A DNA stretch of 64,000 bases from Fimbriosthenelais zetlandica (taxonomy: Eukaryota). The DNA lies in the NCBI GenBank assembly GCA_977030845.1, contig OZ365112.1, forward strand, positions 6,262,001 to 6,326,000. Reading direction: 5' to 3'. Within the stretch, counting starts at the first letter, position 1; every line of letters begins with the position of its first letter. Below the pieces are notes generated by a model. The model did not search any database and was not told the DNA's origin. It saw only the letters and a list, made by a program, of their open reading frames with translations. A program made the translations under genes and the position numbers. Below, in pieces: positions 14,749-26,000 of this stretch.

Positions 14749-14835
14749 GTTGGCACATGGCGCTCTCTCGCCACTCTGGTAATCGTCTGCTTCTCAACAA
14801 GTCACGTGACCGAGCAATCCAACATGGCGGACAGA
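14740..14835. promoter_or_regulatory. Bidirectional core promoter
   Basis: Palindromic E-box GTCACGTGAC at 14801-14810, flanked by oppositely oriented CCAACATGGC YY1/TISU-like motifs (14744-14753 minus, 14819-14828 plus). Consensus splice donors face outward on both sides. Confidence 0.7.
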
Positions 14836-14971
14836 AGGAGGGAACTACGAAAATGACAACAGCAAATTGATTGAATTCAGCCGATTTAAAGTCCAACGAT
14901 GCACCCCAGATGAGATTTTAGAAACATGATGGTGTAGAGGATCGTTGTGACTGGTTTTTGTAGCTTGCAAG
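14820..14971 (+). other. ZGRF1: Putative non-coding exon 1 (5' UTR) of ZGRF1
   Basis: CpG-rich region ending in consensus donor AAG|GTGAGT at 14971/14972. All ATGs in it open only short ORFs. The start coordinate is approximate. Confidence 0.65.
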
Positions 14972-16282
14972 GTGAGTTTGTGGTTGTAAAGACCAATGTT
15001 TTTGTCGGGGTGGTGGTGGTGTCGGGAGTGTGTTTACAGGCCTCGCCGATGGTAGGCTAGTAGTAGTGGTGGTGCATGTGGCTTGTGGGGATGGGATATG
15101 CTCCGGGAACAGTACTGTGACTGGTGCGGTGATGTTGGGGATGGCAATGCTGCTTCTCCAGTGAGAGGAGCATGCACTGGAGGAGCCAGTATAAGACCAA
15201 TTGTTTCCAAGAGCTAGAAGTGCCGCGCCGCCTTGATTGACAGAGTGACAGTAAATTGAGTAATGTTGACTTAGCCCTGACCTTATTGGGTTATACCGAG
15301 GGCGAGTCTAATGTCTATGATTTGTAGGCCTAATAAAAGTGTTATACACGTATTTAAGTTAGAACTGTGATCTCATAGGCCTAATAATCATCATTATCTA
15401 GTGTTAAGGCTGGGCTTAGTTTAATGCCATAATGATCCAACAAAAGAATTTAATATTTATTAGGTCTCAGGCCTAATAACTGTCCATAATCGACCATATC
15501 CTAATAAATACTTTATTACTTTATTTTATGATGAAATTTATTAGGCCTATACCATAATTAATTTCTTGTCCCATGTTTTCTATGATGAATGAAGTGTTCT
15601 ACCTCTTCAATACATTGTATTTTTTTTAAATCTGTTTTTTACGGAACCCTGATTAAGGCCTAATGAGAGAAAATTGCAGCAACTATACATCTACAGTCCA
15701 GCTTTATTTGTTCACATTGACTATCCCCATCCCCAAAAGCAACCATCTTGCTCTACAATTTCCCTACAGCTGAACCTTGTCAAGAACCAGAGCAGTACAA
15801 ACATGTCTGATTGCTTAGAGACGTGCAACTCCCGGGAAAAATGCTATTCGTTCAGACCCGAGCCTTGCCCAGCTAAAGCTTCCTACACGCCAGAGTGAAG
15901 AACATACTTATTGGCATGGCAGAGCCAGGCTCAGAAACATGATTTACATTTCAAGCGGTGATCAAGAGTCGCCAGCTTTCCAGAATTACTCATCTTCACA
16001 CCCAGCTTGCTTCATTTTCCATCGATTCAAGGTCTTGTTAGTATTCTATTGGCTCCCATTTAGGAATCCCATTCTGAAAAAATATAAATGTAAATAGATA
16101 TAATAATAAACAACCTCTTTATTAGTAAGAGGCTATTATTAATCATTATATATTACAGCTGTTTATCACGATAACTGATGCGTGGTGCTTAAATTAATTT
16201 AATCCAGTAAAGAAGTCTTTCTAAAATCTTTTAGAGATACCAAAGATATCCCTGAATGAATTAAGCTGGGAGGAATTCTACA

Positions 16283-16364
16283 TACAGTCTGTTCACTCTA
16301 AGTTGATCCGAAACTACAGTACATATATGGTGGTTTCGGATCAACTTAGAGTGAACAGACTGTA
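16283..16364. mobile_element. 82-bp perfect inverted-repeat mini-element, Tc1/mariner-like MITE remnant
   Basis: TACAGTCTGTTCACTCTAAGTTGATCCGAAAC (16283-16314) is the exact reverse complement of 16333-16364. Reads as TA + CAGT-starting 30-bp TIR + TA. Confidence 0.7.
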
Positions 16365-17021
16365 GGACTTTATTCATTGGTAATAAAGTATTACTTTCCT
16401 CAAATATGTCTCTTGAAGAATATAAATGATATACCGGTATTAATAATATGGCAAAACATATGTGCTGTTACCGTGTCTCTTATATGGCTTAGTGGTTATC
16501 TGGTGTAGCCACTGGAGAGGTTACTCATATACCTGTTAGGTGGCAGCACGGTATCACAGCAGGCATCTTGCGTTACAGTCTTGTGTAAAGAGAACCATCG
16601 ACACGAGCTTTCAAGGTAAAAAAGAAGCTCAACAAAAACCAGCCAAAACACATCTGATTTAATGAAATGTGATGCTCCTGGCGAAACAAATTATGTCCCT
16701 AATATCAATATGATTAAATGAAAACTCCTCAGCAGTGGAGTCGTTTTTGAAGTGCGCCTCAGTTTTATGGATTTTATGGTCCTCATTTTCAAAGGACATA
16801 TTTTGCAAGATACATGTTCATGATTATTTTGAAATTATTGTGTAAGCGTGTTTTGTATGCTGTATTTGATGAATTACTTTAAACTAGAAAACTTTCCTTT
16901 AGGTGTGTCTATTAACGATGAAAGTAATGTTCAATGCTTTCAAAAATTTAGAACTGTTGTTTTTCCTCAATGCCGATTTCTAAAGATTTGTTTTATCTTT
17001 TGCAGACATAACAGACCAACA

Positions 17022-17039
17022 ATGAATAAGGAATTTACA
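17022..17039 (+). CDS. ZGRF1: ZGRF1 coding exon 1 (MNKEFT); exon begins at 17006
   Basis: Acceptor ttttatcttttgcag|17006; ATG at 17022; donor ACA|gtaagt. Joins in phase 0 to ALYTHQK, paralleling human MESQEFI-VLYTHQK. Confidence 0.85.
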
Positions 17040-20000
17040 GTAAGTTCCATATTGAATCATATCTTTGTTTTAAAAATAATTATATACAAATTCTTAGAAT
17101 ATTTATGTACCGTAAGTGCATGTACATGTATATTGATTTTGATGTTTTTGTACAAACATCGCCCAAGTTTCTGCTTCGAAATGTGTAAATTTATAGGTGG
17201 CTACCTATTTCTCTGTGAAGGAATTAATTAAAATTTAGAAATATGTGATGGCAGACAGGGTCACGGTTCTAGTTTTAGCCTTCTCACCCGACTAACCCCG
17301 CCTATTAATACATGGAACCGGTGAGATGTGATTAATGTGAATGTAAATTTAAAAGCCATCCATCAAAATCATGTACTAAAAATAGAGAATTTATTCGAGC
17401 AGCTGAAGTAGGTTCTGGTTCTATTTCCAACCTCTATTATTGGTGGCATTTCTGAGAGTTATAATGAAAACTTTACAAACAACAATTTATGAGGTATTTC
17501 TTTCTGAGTGAGAAATAACTTCCCATAGACTACATGCCTTTGGTGTTTGTCCCTGATAAGTAGTATATTGAATGGAGACTGTCCCCAGGGACTTTCCATA
17601 TTTGGGATATTTATTCCTCTTATCCATATCACCCCTCTATAGTCGTTTGATCGAAGAACTCAATGTTTGGAAACCAATATATTCATCATTAATTAATGTC
17701 TGCTAAACATTGTCATGCCAAGTCTCCTACGGCAATCAATACGTGACGTAAAAAGCTTTTAAGCCTCTGCCGTGTCCGCCTCTCTGCCTGTAAGCTGGGC
17801 CAACTTTTGAGGGAAGATCTAGCCACATGTGAGAGTAGATCAGTGAAGCGTGAGTAATTGTGAGTAACTCAAGCGAGCATCTTCCCACACGCAGGGTTAC
17901 TAGGGTCCAAAGGAACTCATCACAAAACCACTGATGTTCCCCGCTCTTGATAGTGACAGCCCCACACATATAGACCCGAATCAATCTAATTACATGGCGT
18001 AATCGCAATCAGAAGACTTCATTTCCTTCGTGTTAGGCCAGCTGTACACACTGCTTTGTTCTTTATTCTAATCAACACCGTTGACCAAACCCAGTCTCCA
18101 CGACTCGAATCCTTAAGAGGCCTGAAAGTTAATGAAGCAGACCGACAGAAAATTGCTAATGGGCCATCTGTGTTGGGAGGCAATGGAATCTCCTTACTTC
18201 TGGTACTATTCTCTGTGTTGAAAGTCTCTTTTCTGAAATGAACAAAGCACCATGTTCCGAACCCCCCTAGAGAGGGTGGAAATAGGATCCCGGGGGTTCT
18301 CGCATGCTCAGTTCCCGCTTGCCAGTAGCATTAAAAGTTTGCATATCGACTCTGCTTTCCACTTCACTCAAGCCCTAAAAGGCATCTTCTGTTAGAATGA
18401 AATGAAGATAAACAGAGATTAGAGATGGGGAAATTTTGATAGCCTGAGAGGGGAAAACGTGACAAAAACAGGCATGAACACCAGTCAGCTCTAGTCTCTA
18501 ATGTGGCTGGCCATTTATGTTGAAAGCAAGGGAAATGGAAAGTATAGATGGGTGGTACACAAATACTGAAATGGACTTCTAAAGTTGATCTGATCGAAAA
18601 TACAAACAAAAGAAAATGTCCAATGGACGATCTAAACTACATGGAGTTTGTTTCAAGAGCTATTAGGAGTACCACTAAGTTTTATAGGCATCCTGATTGG
18701 CATTTCTACCCAGAAAATCCCCCATCTACCTTCAACTCTTTTTTGTCGGATTATACTAACTTCATTTCTTAGAAACACTCAGGAAGCATAGGCTCCTGTT
18801 ACAAAGGAGTTGGTGTGTTGGGGTCTGCCTGCGTTCGTCTTTCTGGCTGGCTTGTAAGTTGTATTCATGTCAGGCTGTAGTCTGAATACCACCATTCACA
18901 GACCTGGCTCATTGCTGACTGTTGTCCTGCCTCCAGTTTTGCTCAACTATTCAAGGGTGTGATTAATATGTTTGTTATTCACAAGGAGTGGCTTAACCAC
19001 AGCCGTAATGATAGGCTGTCCTGGCTACTCGTGTATCTGATTGGATGCTCTTGGACAGGCCTTACTTCGCTTCACCTACAATAACCTGGTCAGCATGCAG
19101 ACCCAGTCAAAGATTCTGCCCCTGAAAGGCCTGGCCATTTATCTTAAGGCCTTGGTCGAACCGACTGACCAATGCAGGCTTATTGCAGTGACCAATGCCC
19201 AACTGACCTGAACATTGATTGTCATCCATATTCAACCCCTGACCAGTGTTTAATTGAAAAGTGAAAGTTATATCACCCACTATCACTTCTTGATGGGCGC
19301 TGCAAAAGGTTAGTTGATAGAAAACAGATGTCATGTCCTTGGGAATGGGATGCCAGCGACTCTTGCCTCCTAGATTCAAGTCGCCTTGAGGCAGTAAAGG
19401 AACGCAGGGAGCTCGTTCGTATTCAACCCCTCACCCCATCTCCAGTGTGATTTTCTGGTCAGCAAGCTCGGAGTGCCATGGATGTAATCCTATAGGCCAT
19501 AGACACCTGCATCCTCCGGCCCAAGGTCCGGCCGCAGGTAGCCTGGAATGAAATTGAAAAGCGATCATAGACCAAGCCCGAGGGCAGTGTAAAGATAAGA
19601 CTGTCAGAAAGAACCTGATTCCAGAGTCATTTTCCTCACTGCCTGATCATCCCCGACTCGTGATGGCTTAAAATACCGGAGAAATAGCTGGCCAAAAGAG
19701 GCCCAGGTCATGTTGTGTTTGCCATCCATAGACACACACCTTCCCCCTTCCCAAAGTCAACAACACTTCCTGTAAGGAGTGTTCACAGTAAACATGCCCC
19801 CAAAGAAAATTCCCCTAATGAGATCTTTTAACTAGATTCATTAAGTCGCAATTTTGGAATCTCGACATGTGTGCACAAGATTTTGTCGGAGGCTTTCATT
19901 TCAACTTGAAAATACGAAGCAGCGAAATCAATGTTACTTTATTTCTGAAGTTTAACTTCTTCCCAATTATTGGAAAATAAGGACTTGTTTCGTGTGCGAA

Positions 20001-23000
20001 ATTTATTTAGAGATCGTGTTAAATTACTGCCTGGGGGAGTTGTTCTCCAACTAATGATGTGCTCTTAGTTAAAGTGAAAATAATGATTTTAGATTAACAA
20101 GAGAATTTCACTTAATTAGTATTTCTTTGAGCACTTAAACATTATCCAGAATGAAGAAGCTTTGCATTCAGAAAAGCCTATTTTAAATGTAGGTTTATTA
20201 AGCTCAGCCTATACCCTCGCTCTGCTTTCTTCAGAAGGTATTATCGCTTTTTACATCAATCTAATTTGCGATAAGAAGTTTGTGTGTGGTACTTAAAGTA
20301 TTACATTTACTCTGATTGCATTTGGCTCTCAGAGGAAACATCTCAGGATGTACTCTCTGAAAAAAAACCCTACTTTACTGATGAATTTGTCGAGTTGGTA
20401 GAGATGTAAACCGCCTTCCTACATATTTTTTTTTACTTCACATGTACTGTAATCTGTCTGTCAAGGCGCAGTTTCTTAGCTCTGCAGCCAGACAGTCTGC
20501 ATATATATGGTAGTCCTATTGGAAACGTGGAACATTTGCAGAAGTCTTCCTCGAACAAGCTGTAAGTGCAGTGTCTCCAACTTATCAGAAGCCTCGATAT
20601 ATACATCTTATCCTAGTCTTTGACCCTAGCTTCTATCAATTGGTGTCTCCATCCAAGAGTTACATATCAAATAGATCCACCACCGTTCTGCGCTGAGGTC
20701 TCATATAAAATAGTCTGAAGATACTTGTCTTTTTATTGCTGGATGAAGCTGGGGGAGTGGGCACCACAAAAAATAGACACAACCTCCACGGGATGATGAA
20801 TCATCTTACGTCAAGTTCTCCCAGAAAAATCTCTCTGGATAAAGCTGATAAATTGGGTTTAGATTGAGGTCTGTCAATTGGTGAGACTTTCCTGCTCTGT
20901 TTCCAACGATCCATCGGATACGATGTGTGGTTTTTTCTTTGCCGTGAATGAATAATGAGAGGACGATCGCACGATATTGTATTTACACTCCCCAGAGACA
21001 GACATCGCGTCACATATGGAAACTTGGATTAGAAATCTATCTATAAAAATAACAACGGTTTAAAAACTCATTAGTGTGTAGCATGTTCCAGCAGCTACCT
21101 TCAAATGACAGTTACACTCAATTGCATTGAAGAGGAAGACCAAAAGAAGGGAAGTTATGCCGACTGCATTTGATTTTACTGCTGAGATCAGGAGAATTTT
21201 TCTCATTGGTTTCTACCTTTAACTAAAGCAGACTTGTCAGTTAATAGCGGCCTGTCTTGTCTCGTATGGCCCGCATGGCCAGCCAGTGTGTGTTTGTGAG
21301 AAGCTCGGAGCGGCTCTTGTCAGACAGAAAGCTTGCTTTTCACACAGATGACACATCCTCATCCTGCACCCCGCCAAAAGCTAAGCCTGTAGGACTCAGA
21401 TCGCCAGCCACAGTTTCTTAAATTCTCCCAGGCCTACATGTCAAATCTAATACCGCTTGTCCAAATTCAAATAGAATAAAGATCCGACCAAGATTGGCTC
21501 GATGAGGAAAGGTTTTAGTCACTAACTGGGGGCAAGGGTGGGCCTTAGGGATGGCCACCCCTCCCAGACCCCCATTTCCAAGTCAAAAACCGAAATAAAA
21601 AAGAGAAAAATTATCAATACAAAAAAGAGAGATGGCTGCAACACCCCACTTCCAAACCCAGGAAAAAGCTTGGATTCTTGCTGACAGGCCACTGGAGGGT
21701 GGGGGTATATGCCCCCTCCCCGTCCGCCCCTCTGAAAAACCAGGGCTGGCAGCACATCGTGTTTTGAAGCAATTTCTCTTTCATTTGGCTCTTGTAATTG
21801 GGCTGGGAGATGAGGGTGGAAGGGCCATACGTGCTCTGAATAACAACCATTTTTTCTCACCTTATAGCCAAGAAAAACATTTAAGTGAGCCACTCCCACT
21901 TCCCACTGTTATCTTTTACTAACGATTAAAACAACATCTTACCAAAAGAAAAATTGGAAGAGTGGAAGATATGTATCGGAAACATATCTGTCAAGAAGTG
22001 TTGTCTTTGACTTTGGCCTCATGTTTTCCTTTTCCGCTCCTTCCCCTCTTGACCCCGTCTGCCCCACCTCACCCCATCTGGCTACTTCAGACTCTATCAG
22101 GGCCTTATATATAGGAAGTGAACATAGCCACAAATACAATGAAAGTTTTGAGAATACCAATACGATTTTGCCTTTAGCTGCTCCTTGGTTAACTTGATAT
22201 TAGACTGAATATAAGAACTACTGACTTTTATTTATTAACTGCTAATGGAACACTCAAGACCATTTGCTGATTATAGAAGGAAAAAACCAATTGGAAACCG
22301 ATCGAAAATTGGCTCTAGTGTATTAAACGCTTAAGAGGTTGATCCCCTCTGCCCCATCCGCCTTACCTTATCAGCTCACAGACTTGCAGGCCTGGGACAG
22401 CTGAATACTTCCCAAGGTTTTATCTCCCTTCTTCCTTCTAATCGCTGCTTTTGCTGGCCGTTCCCAGAAGGATTCCCTTGCTGATAAGTCTCATTAAAGA
22501 TTTCCGCTTTACTTGCTCTTGGACTCCGGCGTGGGTCAGGCCAGCTTACCACGGGTCCATTCAGGGAGGCAATTTAGTCTGTCAAAAGGTTTTACTCCCA
22601 CGCCTGCCCATACAATCTTAACCCCTCACACAACATTGCTCAGATAAAATTTTTAATTCTGTTTGCTATTCAGACTAAAATACTTGAGTAAAATCTTTAA
22701 TTGCGGTGGTTCCCTCTAGCTTCATTCCCACAGCTTCTCAAGTTTAGATATTTAAAAAATGTTTTATTCCTTAAATAGATGTGACTATTTCCCATAAATT
22801 GGAGGGGGATTGAGCTATTCTGTATGCATACCAGATTTTCTTTTGCAGCTAAATAAATCATCCCTGAAGTTCAATATCATTTTCTATAACTAGTACTGCA
22901 TGTGTTATTTTGCAGGCCTTGTATACGCACCAGAAGGCGAAAAAGGCGAAGGTGTGGCACGATGGAATCCTGGTACTTCTGGCATCTCAGAACAGGGTGA

Positions 23001-26000
23001 GCGCATTTTTTTTCCGTCAAAAAGTAAAAATACTAAGATACACGGATTGTCAAAAGCCAAGTGCAATGTTAGTGTCACGATTGGCAAAGCGTAGCGTAGC
23101 CATGGGTGATTATTTGTATGCCATGACACAATAAATACCTTGTTTAGTGTTACATACCCGGATGTGTATATTGCATTAGTGATAAGAAACCTCAATGCCC
23201 AAGCATTTCCCAATAGATTATGATGGAAACTTAATTTGGTCAGACACATTTCACTAGAATGTTGTAAGTAGTAGAGAGAAAGTGACCTATGTTGCGGGTT
23301 CCTTCTATCTTATTTTGTCATTCCTTATTATGCAATAAGATAAAAACAGGCACTGGATCAAAACCATGCAGCGGGAGGGATTTTTCCTGAAGTCCACTCA
23401 GGAGCTATCAATATTACTAGCGGTGGATTACACTTTGATTATTCTGGCCTTGAATTTATTGAACATCATATGGTGGAGTCCCCCGTTGTAGTTTCCTCAA
23501 AAGTCCTGAAAATATTTAAATCACTGGTCCATCTTTATTATGGATTCTCGTCATTAGATTTTCTCCCCATTGTAACTGACACTATTCATGCGGACATTCA
23601 TTTCAAAGTTTTCCTCTTGGAAAAGTTTGAATTGTAATAAATAAACTTCTGTGTGATCCCACTTGGAATAAGCACATGAAAAGTATCATTAAATAACATC
23701 TGAGTGTGAAAATGGCTGTTTTCACATCCACCATTCCCATGCTTTTTTGATAGTCAATGTAATGTTTCTCCCTCCTCTCTTCTCTAAAACACTGTCATTC
23801 ACCGGGCCATTGGGAAGATAGCAAACTGTTCACTTCCATACAAGCTACAATTTGTTTCGTGCTTCTCCAATATGTTTGTAGCCTCTAACCATGCCATGCG
23901 AACATCTCGCCCGCTCATTTAATTAGGATTAAGAGAGGCACACTTTGAAGCCCCTGAGAGTTTTTCCCTCCGCCTCACCAAACCTCATGTCATGATCAAC
24001 CCACTTCACTGGTGGAGGGGTCTGGCCTTTTTCGGCTTTGACAAAGCTGTATCGTCAGTCATCATATCATTTAGGAAGCAGTGAAGTATGCTATATTCCC
24101 CGGGCTAGATGTGGTAAAGTTCTACCCTCATGGAATGATGCTCTCATATCAAGCTTAATATCGAACCGTTCTGCCGGCTTCAAGGTTTTATTTGTCGCTG
24201 GCCGGGCTGTGATTCAGTCGGTGCGGGGAGATGTTGGGAAAACCTGGTCCATTGTGTCTGCTACTAGTCCCTGTGAGTGCAGGCAAGTGGAAACAGCCAT
24301 TTCATCCCTGCAAAAATATTAACTTTCATTATGAAATTCCAAATAAAAATCCACGCCCCACAGGGAAGGCTGCTTCATGTTGCGACTCCCTAAAAAATAC
24401 CCAAATTAAAAGTTTTATTGGAGTCAGCGGGTTCGTTTCCATATAAAAGTGGCACACCGGTTGGTTTTCTAAAGGTTTGGTTTGTGCTGCCCAAGTGCAA
24501 TTTCTTGTAGCCTGGCCAAGAGTTATTCTAGTATGGCTGCATGGGACATCTCGCCCGTAAGAGAGTGCTCAGTAAATGGTTGTCTGACGAATGGTTACTC
24601 CTGGGAGGAGCACTTTCCCTGCTAGCAGCTGAGGTAATTGCCCCATCAAACAGTCTTGTGTCTTTCCCTTTGTTCTGGGACTGGTAAAACTGCCAGACAA
24701 GTTTGCACACTAAACTCTGATGAGGTCTGCCCCACCATGTATGCCTGGGTACACCGTCCACACTATCTCCCATGACATAAGGGATCCTGTCCCAAATCTA
24801 GCTCCATCGAAATCCAAAAAAATGTGACTTTTACCTTCATAATGATCTTAAATATTAATATAAATAGGCAACATTTTCCAGTCAATAACGTTGGTCATAT
24901 TTCTGGTCATATTGTTTTCTGGTTTGGATTTTGACAGGGCCTGATTTTTTTAATGGTAAAGGATGTCTCGGAGCAGTCTGGCTTCCTTCCACCGAGCTAT
25001 CATATGACTTGGATGGCTTCCCACCATCAGGCCTGTGATAAGATCATCCCCCTCCAGCAACGAAATTTTCATTCTCATATTACCACATTTTGGTGCCATC
25101 TATCCCTTCTGATGTCACGATACCACCACCCCCTCCACGCTGATAACCCATCCTAACGATACCTTCAAGTGTCAGTTTCATTTTTTTGTTATTCGTCTCA
25201 TCTTAAAAATAGAGACAGGAGAAAATAATAAAAAGTTTTGTGGAAATATTAATCATTCTCAGCCCTCTTTTGTTTCCTCGTCATTGTCCTGACCTCAGCA
25301 AAAACTAACTCCACTACTTGAAGGGATGAAACAGATACTTTTGAGAATTTGTGGTGTTGTTTAAATGGTGATTGGACAGAAATCGAAGCTTTTTATCGCA
25401 AATTGCTTTCTCTGGTCCGCTTCCCATGTTTTAGAGTGTGACAGAAAGACAGGTTTATTTTTTTTCTTCTATGGATTTCTTTCCCACTCTGCCCCCTTAA
25501 ATGTCTATCAACACTGATCGAAACTCTCCTGAAATTGTATGATGGACATTTAAATTGTTTCTCTAAACTGATTTATTTTTTTCTAAATTTTTAGGCCATT
25601 CTTTATGATGAGAAAAGGTCCAAACTTGATGCCCTCTATGTGCGGCCTGGGCAGGTAAGATTTGATTTTTTATTCCAAAAATATTGCATTTTTAAGAAAT
25701 TTCTTCTGCGTATGAGCTGAATAATATTACAGGGATAGATTTCTGGGACACATTTGGTTCTGTGCCAAGGGAACCCATCAAGACTTGCTGTAATATTATC
25801 CCACAGTTTTAAGTGCGAGCAAACACGAAATCAAGGAAGGAATGCTGAGCACTGTATGTGAATATTTGATAAAGTTTCATCATGAGAAAATGGTTCTATG
25901 AATTACTCAGAGACTGGCACTATGATAATGTCATTAGTTAGATGGAACAAGCGCATTACTCCTACTCAAGGGTCAACATCAAATTCTCCCCTCCCACAGG

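Larger units (their letters stand above)
13495..15661. repeat. Cluster of AGGCCT / TAGGCCTA palindromes flanking the bidirectional promoter
   Basis: Counted by eye: 18 AGGCCT, 10 of them exact TAGGCCTA (13495, 13528, 13544, 13886, 13892, 13898, 14036, 15325, 15376, 15542). Confidence 0.85.

Noticed and set aside
16464-16560. Short imperfect inverted repeat with a CTCF-like AGGTGGCAGCA
   Set aside because: Arms are only 12-14 bp with an indel; not distinguishable from chance or an old MITE.
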